NCBI GenBank assembly: GCA_964016885.1 | Contig: OZ024740.1 | Coordinates: forward strand, 302,684,001 to 302,748,000 | Length of the DNA: 64,000 nucleotides | Origin: Eledone cirrhosa | Lineage: Eukaryota | Reading direction: 5' to 3' | The notes under the pieces: generated by a model | What the model saw: the letters and a program-made list of their open reading frames with translations, nothing else | Databases searched by the model: none | What the model was told of the DNA's origin: nothing | Shown here: positions 32,150 through 45,605 of the stretch, in pieces | How the letters are laid out: every line of letters starts with the position of its first letter | How positions within the stretch are numbered: position 1 is the stretch's first letter | Position numbers and translations under genes: made by a program

Positions 32150-32985
32150 ATTAAAATAACCGATTAAAGTTTAAGCAAAGAATCGCTTCTTTCACCCTTA
32201 ACGGGATCTTCTGAAACTAACAAAGTCAATCTGTAAACGCAGAAGTGGATATTTCAAAAAACGTTGCAACCGGAGGAAGACAGGAAGACGATACTTTGGT
32301 TCGTGAAAACGTTCCCTGGCAAAGAACCGGAAAAAACGAATATAATACGTCATTAATAGGAGCGGTGAAAAACAATTACACGCAAAGACAGAACCACGTT
32401 TTTGGTATGAAAGAAGTCGTAGACTAATGTTCTCTTAGCTGGTTCATAGAGACGTTCTCTGGCAAAGAACGGAAAAAACGAAGATAATACGTCATATGTG
32501 GACCGTGGAGAACAATTGCACGCAAAGACAAAACCACGTAAATGGTATAGCTGAAGTCGTAGACTAAAATTCTAACTAGGAAACCGAATGATTCTCCGCT
32601 TCAGAGTAAAGAATAAAGTAAATAAAATACAATACAGAGGTAATAGAAATTAAATAAATACATACACGAATCCAAGTACGTACATATACAAGCATACGCG
32701 AAAACACTCGCCATTGGTATACAAAACTACGCACATATAAATATGTGTGTGTGTGTATGCGTGTATACAAATAAATAAGTAATTAAATAAACGTATATAA
32801 ATAAATAAATATGTATATAACAAGCGCACGCACATACCTACATGTAAATACACAAATGTTCGGAGACGAACGTCAACCAAAACATGAAGACAGCGGAGAA
32901 TCATTCGGTTTCCCAGTTAGAATTTAGTCTACCACTTCGGCTATACCATTTACGTGCTTTTGTCTTTGCGTGCAATTGTTCTCAC
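32150..32985 (-). mobile_element. Family 1 PLE 3' UTR/pLTR fragment with a short inversion at ~32890
   Basis: Homologous to 3655-4385; HHR-like motif at 32160-32233. Confidence 0.85.
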
Positions 32986-35900
32986 TTTTTAAAATGATAT
33001 TGAATTCTAGCATTACCAAAAACCCTAACATCTTTGAAGCTATGTGAAATCAATAATATGAAAACCAGTACTTATGTGTATATATTTATTCATTACACCA
33101 CATTAATTGTATATTTGAAAGTGTTTTTATTACCAGTATACTGAATTTCCACATCTACCGAAATAGTCCATTTATTACAATTAATATTTTGAAGCAGAAT
33201 GAATGCTACTTATTTTAGCGGCTTTGCAAATATAAAAGGCTAAGTTAATATAGGATGAGTGAAAGGCAGAGTCGAACTAGTAAGGATTTGAAATCTGATC
33301 GTAAAACCTCAAATCTAAACACCATACGGCATCTGTCGATGACTGTTCCAATTCTGCCATGTCAACATCAGTGCTAGGATATAATTGGTGACAAGTATAA
33401 TTAATGGTAGGAATAAACGTCACCTGACATTTTCATCTTGAACTCTAGTGATTAACATCATTTTTGATATCATCATGTAATGATTCAGTTGATAATAGTG
33501 ACAAACGTTAAATGAGAATATAATTTATAAAGGTGTTCGATTTAGTGAGGAAGAAGGTATGAGTAAAATTTAATGTTATTAAGGTTTTATAATACTCTGT
33601 ATAATGGTTTGTTGTGCTTCATTGGAATTCAGCACCTGAGAATAATACATTACTCCAGGTGATTAATAGTAATTTGGTAAAACAAATGTGTTTCGAACTA
33701 CTAATATTACTCAAATATTCCGAGACACTAGACAGAATGAGAAGATGGATTTCATAATCACTTTTATTTTGTATTAAGGAGATTTTAGTTTGTTTGTTTT
33801 TTTTTATTTTCAATTTCATTCTACTTTATTTAGTTATTTATTTTTGTCTTTCCTTCTCAAAAGTAGCTATCTTGATAGTGAAAATCGATATTGATTTGCA
33901 ATCACCCTTGGGTAATGAACTATTTTGAGCAGAAATAACCCAATGAAAGTTTTGTATGTAGAAAGACGTTGATTTGAAGTTGTTTTATTGTTTGTTTGTT
34001 TATTTGTTATTTTTAGAGTGTGCAAAGGTTGCTGAGAAAGGGTGTGTATGCGTTAGTTGTATAATCATACAACAGATATACACAATGCTTCGAAGCAAAT
34101 TCTTTTATCAAAATAAAAGCGTACACTTCAAGACATTAAGACACCTACATAAAAGTCTTTTAATCTATTATTCAAAACCCTCTTAATGTTATTGTCTTCT
34201 ATCGCTTTCTTATTCTTTTTATCGAAATTCGCAACCAGCCGAAAGTCAGCCATTGTTGTTGAACAAGAAGAAAAAAAGAAGTCTAATCAAATGAACGATA
34301 AGAATGATTTACCTTACATTTAGACAGTTTTATCCCTGTGGTTATATGAGGAAAACACATGTAATCCACCTGACAATGGTATGATACTATAGGAATTAAT
34401 AGCAGTAAGAGAAATATATTGCTTGACCTGGACAGCAGGTCTATCAAATTCATACGCTTACTGTCAAAGTCCTTTACGACCTAAGCAATCAAAATTACAA
34501 CAGTGTTATATACATTATCATGGGGTTTAATGAATAGTTGTGCGGGCTAAATTAGGAAATGACAAAAAAATGAAGAACCGTACACTATCGATACACTTAG
34601 AATATAAACAACATATTCTATATATATGGGATTCTAGCATCGACTCACGGTAGATTATATGTAACCATCGAGGTCTTACATGTAAACTTTGATGAGATTT
34701 GAACTTAGAACGAAACGTAAATAAATATTTCACGACATTTAGTTCGATATATGGTGTTCCATATCACAGTAACATTGGCTCCAGAAAGACAAAAGTACCG
34801 AATGGAGGCTAAGAGAAGAAAGCTAATATGTTGATACGCATGATGGAAATATTAATTTTCTCAAGCGAAGTAGTATATGGTGGCATATATTGTTAGGATT
34901 GTTGTTTTATTCTGTATCATTACAGATATGTTATATTACAGATAGATATATTAATTCTGTTGAAGTATGATCAAAGATGTTTGAAGCATTCTTTTTAATT
35001 AGATATTATCCAAGATGGAAAGTCATCATATATCCATGATTCTTTAAGATTATAAAGCATTATTTTAAGGTAATTTGGCTGCCTTTCCTACCTAGTGAAG
35101 CGACCACACAAAGTTTCCCCCTCGACTCGGCAAAATATATATAAGTGTTTGTGTGTAAGTATGTATGTGCAGAAATAATTAATTGATTAGTCGTAAACCT
35201 ATACAAACTTTGACTGTCTCCGTATTTTGAAACAAAATCATCTGCATCTATGCTATGATAAAGTCTAACGGAAAAACAGGTGTCTCTAGAATAACTCACA
35301 AAGTTGTTAGTAAATCTACATTCCATAACGTGATAAGGCTTCGACACGCACACATGTGTGTGTATTTGTGTGTTTGCGTATGTGCGTGCACGGGGTAGGT
35401 AAAGGGGATAAACAATAAAGTAAGTGTGTGTGAGCATCATCCTTTTTATGTAATATGTAATAGCATTATATTCCACTAGAGCACTGTATATGATAGGTTA
35501 TAATGAGCGTACTACTCAAAAGAACTGCTACGCTGAGTGAAATAGAGTCAATAAAATGAAATGTTTATTAAATGAATCAAATAAATTGCTTAAATGTTCT
35601 GTTGGTGAAGAAGGAGATAGCGTGATCTTTTATAGCACATATTGCTTTCATTCGAACTCTATTCTGCATCTTCAATTATTAAATTAGTGAGGTATCATAC
35701 TACATAATACATCCAGTAGCCCACAAGTGCGATGGAGGAACTCTTGAAGAATACAAGAAAAGGAGAAAAGCGTCAAATATTGAACAGATCGATATAAAGA
35801 TATCATATAATATTACCCAAGGGTGAAATAAACGAAATATACAAACTTTGCAGCTGTAATGGAATTACGCATTATTCTGCAGCCATAAAGTCACCGTACA

Positions 35901-36559
35901 CAGCAGTAGTAAGTTAGTGATACAATATTTTATTGAGAGATTTGGGGGTGTTTGGAAAATGTTGTAGTGCCTGAGTTATAAAGAATTCATTCATATAACT
36001 TTAGCAATTCAAAGCCTTTATTCACATAAAGGACTTTCAAAAACAAGAATGAAATAAATTTTCAGAAACGTATACTGTTAAATGACGAAGGATATACTGT
36101 GGGAATTATTATCACTAAAGGGATAATTGTGAAATAAGAAAAGACTTTATTATCTGTTTTCTTTGTTCTGGATGTTAGCGTTGCCTTTCATTCTTATGGG
36201 GATCAATAAAAAGAGTAGCAGTCAAGTACTGGAGTAGATTTAATCGAAGTTCCTCAACCCTAAAACTGATGTCATTGTTCCAAAATTAGAAACCATTATT
36301 GATATTCTTATCATTATTTTGTTCGCCCTCAGCATTGATCTTAATTCTTGGTTTAGTCAAGACGACATCCAATGGTCTTGGGTATTATGACGTAGTTTCC
36401 TTCTTTTCAGTGTAAATCCAATAATTTTCGCATTAACCTTATAATTATTATTTTCATTCATAAAGCTTTTGCTCTGGCCGATATTATACCGACACTATAC
36501 CAAAAGAGCGGGTCATAGCCAATGACCAAAGGTCCTTTGGGTCATTCCTTTTCCTTCAA

Positions 36560-39500
36560 CTACCTTACACCCTCCTTCGAAACTTTGATGTTACCAGCAA
36601 GGCAGTTTTCTGCAATAATTCCGTTCTGAACGTAATTCCTAGCTTCTCAAGCCATGCATCCAACATTTTACTAACTGCTCTCGGAACCCCTTCTATGTGT
36701 CTGATTCTCCTTAATTTTCTGATTTCCCTCTTTAGCTCCTAATATTTCTCAACTTTCTCATTTACCTTCTCATTCACCCTGAAGTCTCACGCTGAAGCAA
36801 TATCTGCAATACTTTCCATGTTATTCTTCTTTTCTACTACAAAAATGTCAGGCTTTCTAGCCACGATAAAATAGTCGGCCTGGATGGTCATATCACACAA
36901 GATCCTATATTGTTCGTTTTCAGCAACCCTTTCTGTTTGGTGTTCGTAATATTTCTCACTTCTGCTCATGTCATACTTATGGCAGAGCTTCCAGTGAACC
37001 AATCTGATAATGTTGCCGTGCCTTCTCTTGTACTCGTTTTGAGCAAGCATCTTACATTCACTAATAATTGTTTCTACTTTTGACACAAGGCTAGCAATTA
37101 CCCAGTGCATTACTGGTACTTTATTTTATCGACCCCGTAAGGATGAAAGGCAAAGTTAACCTCGGTTTCACTAATAATGTGGTTTATTGTTTCACATTTC
37201 TCACCACATAACCTACACAGTAGGGAATTCACTGACTTGTCAATATTGAGCTTGATATAGTTCGTTCTCAATGTATCCTCATGTGCTGCGAAAATGAGGG
37301 CTTCAGTCTCAACTTTTAAGTCGCTTTTCTTAATTCTTTCCCGGTTTTAATTTTGTCAACTGCATTTCACGAAAGAATTTACCTTACTTTGTTTTTACTT
37401 TCCATTTATTCAATGTATCATTCTGTCTGATTGTTTGAATTCTCCCCTTTCCTTTGCTTCATCACTGCATAGGACCTTTATCGTTCTTATTCTCTCCTTT
37501 GAATTCTTTACATATCATACCAGATTACTTTCTGGATCTCTGAATTCTGTTTTCTTTAAGAACATCAATGAAAGGCTTTTTCATTCAGGTTGTTTTTCCT
37601 TTTGTTGTTACTTCTTTCTTGGACATCCCCGAGTTTATAATCTCCTCTTTGAGTACAACCTTAAATATTGACTCGCTGCTCTGAGACACATGTTTGTGTA
37701 AACATCTATTCTCCATCTAAGTACAGTCCTCCATGTGAATAAGACCTCGTCCACCTTCAGATATCTTTAGGCACACTATATCAACATAAACCTTCGTATG
37801 AAACACTATAGTTAGTTATGAATTACCTATATTTTTTCTCCAGTTCTTTTTGTCATTTACATTCCATTTTATAATTCCCGCACTATACCTAATAATAGAC
37901 TCAGCTCGGGAATTTACAACAATTATGACATTCCTACTATTCAGATATGATTTTAATATTTTCCTTACTCTCCTCATGCATACAGATCTTACGATCTCCT
38001 TCATGTTATTGTTCTTGATGTTATCTGCCTCCAAAACCACCAAACCCCTATATCCTTGATGGGTGTCGAGCTTCTTTATCATCTCACTAATTGGTATCTC
38101 AATTGTTATTCTTCTTTTCAATTTACCCTTCCTAATCACTAGGACTCCACGTTTATTAATATCAGATTCTATGGATATACTATTGCTGAAAATACGAACA
38201 GTGTGAATAAGTACTCTTTCTTCTGGATGAGTTTTGGGTCGTCCATGAAGAGCATTTAGTTATCCAAGTATGAGGAAATATGTCGAATCCATTCTTGAAC
38301 TCTATCCAGCCCATAGCAAGACCAGTGTGTCTACTTTTACAGTTCCCTATTTTCATCTTGTCATAAGTAACTGCTCTTTTGTACCACGAGACTTCTTTCG
38401 GAATCCTTTCTGTTCAGTTGCTTATGTCAAGGTGGTGTTAAATTACTTCAGACATAATGCATGTTAGCAATTTCCACATCTAGGACAGACACGTAATAGA
38501 CCTATATATTATAACGTCATTTCCGTTGGCTTGGTCTTTCATTATTAGAACGGTTGTTTTGTCAATCACTGTGGTACTTTACCCAACATCAAATAGCTAT
38601 TGAATATGGCTGTCAATATCGGATGAAGAGACGTTATTTTTTACTCCAATATTCATCCGGGTTTCGTGATGTCCAGTTGGTTAATCTATTGGCCTGTTTT
38701 TCAATCGAGATACTGAAGTCGGGTTTGTGGTGTGCTTGTTCATTAACTTTCTTTTTTATAGTCCCAATCCACTCTGCTCGACTATACTTCTCAACATCTT
38801 ACTCCCAAATCCATCTCCATTTTGTCTGTTTGGTCTCAGTGATAGCATCGTTGCTTCTTTTTTTCCCTTCTAGCTGTTTAATTAACATCTTCTGGTTGCG
38901 GCTTTTTCTATACTGGCTAACTATGTTCTCATATCTTTTGATTTTTGTACGTTTCCCCATGACACATTGCTTTAGTTCCTCTATTACAACATTTAGCACT
39001 TTCCCCCTCGTGCTGTTTCCTTGTCAATCTATGTTTAGTATCTATGTTTTGTAATGACGCGTTTAAAAAAGACTCACGTTTCTTGGTGTTCTTTCTTATT
39101 CCCTTGATTTGACCATCTAACCGCTTCTTCCTGTCTGTTTTCACTCATTTTAATTCCAAGAATTCTTTCACCAAATTTGCAGCTGCTTTGGAGATGCTGT
39201 TGGATTGGTGAAGATTCTCGCCTCAAGTTATGGGACGACCCTGTTTACATTAGCTATCATTTCTTTTAATGGTTTTCTGTCTACAGATCTTAGATTCATA
39301 GGTTTTTCACTATCATTATTCATTTCATCCACCATTCAATTCAGAATATCAACAAAATTCCCCCTAGTCCGTCAGCATTCATTTTCTCAATGGTCGTATC
39401 TTTACTCCAGATGTTATTCAGCTCAACCATTAGATTATCGTCTTTTTCAGTTACTTGCTCAGGCCACCCAACCACTTCACCTTAATTTTTTTCTAGCTCA

Positions 39501-39560
39501 ATTGCCTGATTCGCTCCGCTTTCTACAGATTCTTATATTATTATGGGTGGATCTGAAAAT
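36560..39560 (-). mobile_element. Degraded R4/Dong-like non-LTR retrotransposon (RT + REL endonuclease)
   Basis: LFMDD at ~38240-38253; RVRKILKSYLNSRN..IIRYSAGIIKW; YKRRH..VHWKLC..KPDIFVVEK..DIA. Many stops and an internal deletion. Confidence 0.78.
37069..37166 (-). mobile_element. Truncated S1 SINE inserted in the LINE, with 12-bp TSD
   Basis: ttcactaataat at 37057-68 and 37167-78. Confidence 0.8.
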
Positions 39561-39779
39561 AGGACGAACCTTATGAGCATTGAATTAGAATACAGAAGGG
39601 TTTAATGCTATGTATGAGCTTTCACTCGTCATACACAAATAATAAATACAACTCTTGCTTCTCACACCTCAACCACAAAGTTGCTAATACTACTACTACC
39701 ACTAGTAGTACTACTACTACCACCACCACTACTACTATTATCATTATTATCATTGTTGTTATTCTTGATGTCTCAGTCA

Positions 39780-40822
39780 TTGATGCTATTTAACTGGAAA
39801 GTTTGTTCAAATGAACATCAAGCCCCTACCTGCAGCCTCAGATATTCAGAATGTATCGGAGGGTTCTTGCTGTTCCCAGAAAGCATGTCTTTTGAAGTGT
39901 TCGAAAAAAGGGGGCTGGACTAATGTTCTTTAACCATCCTTGAAAACTCTTCGAGATAGTACCTAGTGCTGCTATGACAATCGGGACGACCTTGATCTCA
40001 AGACAATCCCAAATCCTTTTTAATTCCCACTTTAAATCTTGGTATCGGTTAATATTTTCCTTCTCCTTTACTTGCACTCTTGTGTCAAAGGGGCAGGCTA
40101 CATCTATAATCAGGCACGATCTTTTTCCTTGTCAAAAGCCACAAGGTCAGGCCTATTGTGTTCTAATTTCTTGTCTGTCTGTATCCTGAAATCCCATAGC
40201 ACCTTCACTTGATCGTTTTCTATCACCAACTCTGACCTATGTTCATACCACTTCTCAGAATGTGGTAAATTATTTAGTTTTCATAAATGCCAGTGAATCA
40301 CCTTTCCTATTATATGAGTCTGGGCTAGGTGTTTACATTTGGATACGATGTGAGCTACAGTATCCTCTCTCTACAGATTCTACACAGTGAGCTAGCCTCC
40401 TCCTTGTCAATATGGTGTTTCAACCACTTCGTTCTGATGGCTTGCTCTTGTGCAGCCATTGACATTCCTTCTGTAGCTTTTCTAAGGTCTCCTCTTTTTA
40501 ACCAGCTCCATATCGGTGGATCTTTGAATTCCGTTTTCTTAAAAAGGTTCTATAAAAGGATTTTTCACGAAGGTTACTCTTCCTGTTTGTTGTTACTTCC
40601 TCCTTGGACATACCCTGGTCTATTATCTTCTCCTTCAGTACAACTTTGAACATTGGCTCTACTCTCAGATACATATTTGTGCAGACTGCTTTTCTCCATC
40701 TGAACACAGTCCTCTATTCTGATAAGACCTATTCCGCCTTCAGATTTGCTTAAGTAGAGTCTATCAACATCACTCCCCTTGTGGAACATGCTGTAGCTAG
40801 TCATTAGCTTCCTAGTCTTTTT
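39780..40822 (-). mobile_element. 5'-truncated R4/Dong-like LINE 3' end between (TAA/TAG)-like repeats
   Basis: SDVDRLYLSKSEGGIGL..IEDCV; RYQDLKWELKRIW..VVPIVIAALG..LQK..LGTAR. Confidence 0.78.
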
Positions 40823-42126
40823 ATTCATTTCTTCTTCTTCCTTTTTTATCATTATTATTATCATTATCATTACTATTATTGTTATTATTATTATCACTCG
40901 CAAAAGATGCAGCAAGAAAACCAGCAGAGAAAACATTACCATTAATAAAATTATAAACCACAGTTAAGGCATTTAACTGGTTTATCACCACCACCACCAC
41001 CACAAGAATAAGTCTTGTTTGGGGGCTTTCCTTTCAAAACAACATCACCACAAAGAACACCATCACACACATGCATCAAACAGCCTCCCCCCCTCTATAT
41101 TCATCATCGAATGACGAGGAAAAGGCAAAAACGACGGAATATGGCAAACTGCCAAAAGAAGCGCCAAACGAAAATAGAAAGATGGACGGAGAGCCAAATA
41201 TCTGGTAAACCAGTCATGCCTCACAGTACAGACACCAAAACATCGTGAACGACAATAGAAAAACAAAATCCAAAATTACACCAACAATAACTATTACATA
41301 AACGCCAAAAACAAAAAGCCCAATAGCAACAATAAAACCAACAGCTAAAGAAACAAACTAAACACCCGCTCATTCATATCATTGTATAGAAAAAGAGAGG
41401 GAGTGAAAGGGGACGTAATAAATAGCCATATATTTCACCGAGGGAGAAAGGATGAGGTGAGAGAATAATAATATTAATAGAAAGATATAAATGTCTGAAA
41501 AAATATATACTACCTTAACGCTAAAACCAAAGAAAAAGCATATTACAGCTTCTCTCCTTTTTTTCTTTTCTCTGACAAATATTACTCAACTCGGATTGGG
41601 ATCTATATACATGGATTGAATACCAGAATTGTGAAAAGAAGTGTATATCGGCCAGTCCTAAAATATGACCATTTTCTGAAACTGTTTTCTATTAGATGTT
41701 TACATCACTTCTGGCATAACGTCCACAGCATGTCAGCACCAACTCCGCTGCGGCTGTTGATGTATTGTATCTGATTATGGTAGCCAGAGGCAATATTAAT
41801 TTTTTTTTCCTCAACGTCTATATATTCTGATTTTAATTAATCTATTCTATTTCAGCACATAACCTATTTGTGGGCGGGGTTTGTGTGATCTTGGGTCACA
41901 TTCAAGACTCCCTGTCTCATTTTTCAGCCTTACACTTTAGACAATTTTGTCTTTCTCTATGGTGCAATTATTCTCAGATATTTACTATATATGAACTTTT
42001 GCCGTCACTTTTTTCATAGCATTCACTAGCCCCATATTTTATTTCTGTCTTTATTCCTTCTTTTTCATTATACCTATCTGCCATTTCAGGCTTTATTTTA
42101 CATTTGTCCCCTTCTTTCAAAACAAG

Positions 42127-42410
42127 TGGAGACGCGTGGCCCAGAGATAAGGGTGTTGTATTTACGATCATAAGGTCGTGGGTTCGATTCCTGAGCTAGG
42201 TTGTGTGTTGTGTTCTTGAGCAAAACACTTCATTTCACGTTGCTCCAGTATACTCAGCTGAAAATGAGTACCAGCAATAACTGGGGGTTTAACCCTGCGT
42301 TGGACTGACGTCCTGTCCAGGAGGAAGTCTTGTACTCTCATCGCTTCACGCCATAAAACCAGGATAACCACTGGTTTGATGGGCCTCCTGGCTTAAGACA
42401 CACTTTAGAC
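42127..42410 (+). mobile_element. tRNA-derived SINE (family S2); partial reverse copy at ~57885-57995
   Basis: A-box-like gtggcccagag..gg, B-box ggttcgattcc, tgtgttcttgagcaaaacactt core. Confidence 0.75.
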
Positions 42411-42482
42411 TTTCTAGACAAACTAGTTCATTGTTTTGTTCACATTTTGTAGCTATATATATTTGTTTTCTATTATTATTCA

Positions 42483-42620
42483 CATAGTTACGTCCCTTTA
42501 CGATCTGAGTTCAAATCCCGCCGAGGTTGACTTTGCCTTTCATCCTTACGGGGTCGATAAAATAAAGTACCAGTAATGCACTGGGTAATTGCTGGCCTTG
42601 TGCCTAAAGTAGAAACAATT
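42483..42620 (+). mobile_element. S1 SINE (partial)
   Basis: Matches 10339-10470 in reverse. Confidence 0.8.
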
Positions 42621-42916
42621 ATTATTCACTACATATTTTTGTATTTCTGAAGTTTTCTAGTTGTGCAAGGATCCAAACACCCAGTATTCGTAGTATATAT
42701 GATTTCTCTATGTCGCATTTTGTGTCAGCTATTCTAAATGCATGATGTAATTCTCGGGTTTGTTTGTTTTTGTTGTTTTCTTTTCTAATTTTACTAGTCT
42801 GTAAAGCGTCAATTGAAAATATTATATCAATAACTTATCAAAAAGACATCTACACTATTGATGACTATTACGTTATTGTTATTTGTTTCTGGCATTAAGC
42901 TCTTAAATGTTAATAT

Positions 42917-43105
42917 AATTGTTTCTACTTTTGGCACAAGGCCAGCAAATACCCAGTGTATTACTGGTGCTTTATTTTATCGACCCCGTAAGGATGAAAT
43001 GCAAACTTAACCATTGCAGGATTTGAACTCAGAACGTAAAGGGCCGTAACTCAATGCCACGATGCATGCTGTCCGACGCTCTACCGGTACTGCCAAATCC
43101 ATCGC
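42917..43105 (-). mobile_element. S1 SINE
   Basis: Matches 10339-10520. Confidence 0.8.
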
Positions 43106-45429
43106 CACTTAAATGCATAATATTTCATCTTGATACTGTTGTTTTTATTTGTGTGTGTTACACATTGTCTAGTTTATTCATTCTTGAATATTTGTTCATC
43201 AGTTGTACTCTTCATATTTCAATTAGTTTATCTAACATGATATTAGCCTTCATGGTTGGTCTGATGTATTTTGAAATCCAAGTCTTATAAGAATTCCTTT
43301 AGTAAATCTGTATACTATCTGCAGTTTTTTAATAGTTGTCAATTTACAGTGTAAGGAAACTAATTGTCATATCAGAGATTTTGTATCACGAGCCCCATAT
43401 TGGTTAACGTTTTTAGCGCCAAAATGAATGAAGAAAGAGAATCTCCTTGGAATATTTTTATAATGGACTTGATGCTCATTTTTATATTCCATTTTTAATC
43501 TTTATGTATCTCAATGAATAGTATGTTCTTAAGATCTGGCCCCTTACCGTAAAAAGTGATGGCTAATTGTAATATGTATATATAATATAAACAAGAAATG
43601 TTTGTTTGTTGGTTGGTTGGTTGGCTGGTGCCTTCGCGCTCACTCACACAAATGGTACAAACATAAAAACACAGTCAATGTGTGTAGCCAAATCACTGCA
43701 CATATAGACACACATCCCTTCCTTCTCAAGTCGATGTTATCACCCTTTCCTTTCTCACTTTGTCATCACCCCTTCCTTCGTCAGTCATCTGTTGTGACGG
43801 GCAAAAACACAAACGTAGTATATATTAGTAGATTAATGTATCAGCTCATTTTAATTACTCTTACTCGTGGTTTTCAGGGTCTATATTCGTAAACTCTGGA
43901 AAATGAATGCATAAGTATATTATTATTCGATATTCTTCGGTTATGTCTTTCTTGATCAATAAGTGATCCTGGAAATAGGTTGCTTTTTGCCCAGATAAAT
44001 ATTTGTTCTGTGGGATATTATTGCATTTACGGCTTTGGTATGTAGTAGAAAATGAGACTGTGTGTCAGGTGTTTTTGTATGTTTTCTATTTCTATGTTCC
44101 TGCAAAATAAAAAAAGGTTACCTCCTCCGTGATTCAATCAAGTGTTATCTCTGGCTCCATCCGTATCAAATTTTACACCTTTGCTAATAACATATATGTC
44201 CTTACTAAAATCTTTAACGAAAGGGTTTTATCAGCCTTAATATTTTCATTTCGTCCACTAGCACTAATGAATGAGGTTTTCCAAACAAGCCACTAGATGT
44301 CTGAAGACAACGGATCTCTGCCAGTACATAACCGGTCCCGAGTCTGAGAGAACTACTATCTCTACTCTTGCACACAGTAAAGACCATCGACACACCCTTT
44401 TCTATGCTAGACATATCAAGCTCTCCTCTATCGACAGCAGCACACCATAAAATGTCTCCGCAAATACGACGACCGTATTGTAAATATGACTATTCACGTA
44501 AACAAGAAGATCAAGTCAAATCGACTGGATACTGCTGACAATAACAACTTTGTAAGCGACGTAAAAGTTTTAATAGATGATGATTTGCGACTAAAAACAT
44601 AGAACAATCCTTCAAATACCAGGATTTGTATATAGAGATAGAATACTGAGATTATCAACATTGAAATAATCATTATATATAATCACCTAACTTCAAAACC
44701 TTTGTGTTAGAAAAAGACAATTGGAAAATATTATGTAATATCATATGATAGATAAACCATCAGATAATACGGATGAAGCCTTGCGTCCTTTTCTGCGATG
44801 AAAAGTAGAAAAGAGTGTGCGAGTAATTGAGGTAGCAATACCTGATGGCCAGGATGTTTTGCAGAAACGAACCCAATAGCTAAATAATTATAATAAAAGT
44901 TAAGTAGAAAAAGGTTCCTCAACAGTACTAGACGATTCCTTCGGGAAATTACAAGGAACATCTCAAAATAAAATCTCGGATTCCTATGTCAAATCTCGGA
45001 TTGGCCGTCCTCTTTCCCTTTTTTTTCCCTCCTGCTTCGAAAAGTATAGTCAGAGTTGGTATATTCAGTCTATTATATCTAGCCGCTCTCAGGCATCTCT
45101 CATTAAACACACTAGAGAGCAATACCTGTTTTTCGTCCCTCACCTTCCTTTTCAATTGGCACTGGTAGAGGTTTATGATGGGGGTCTGACCAGTGTTGGA
45201 GATTCACATCTACAAGCATTTTAGAGGTGTCTACCATATAGCTATATAGCTGCATTCACTATAGCTAACAGGCAGAGACAGAGGTGTCACGCTTCTGTTC
45301 TAAATGAAGTTGGTGGTTTGATTTTTACTATAGACTAGGCTGATAGCAATATATGTTCTACACGTAAAAGCAGTTGTTCGGCATAAGTTTCTTATGAGCA
45401 GCTAATGATTTTGATAACTTTACATAATG

Positions 45430-45605
45430 GTTTCTTATGTTATCACAAAACCAGTAATTTTGAGGACATGGGGAATCGATTATATCGATCTCAAGATGAA
45501 AGGCAAAGTTGACCTCGGCGAGATTTGAACACGGAACGTAAAGAACCGGAACAAATACTACTAAGCTTTTGTTCGACGCTCTAATGACTCTTCCACCCCA
45601 CGGCC
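45430..45605 (-). mobile_element. S1-related SINE, diverged
   Basis: gatgaaaggcaaagttgacctcggcgagatttgaac. Confidence 0.65.

Noticed and set aside
42127-42200. tRNA gene
   Set aside because: A/B-box-like head only, with no cloverleaf; it continues into a SINE body.
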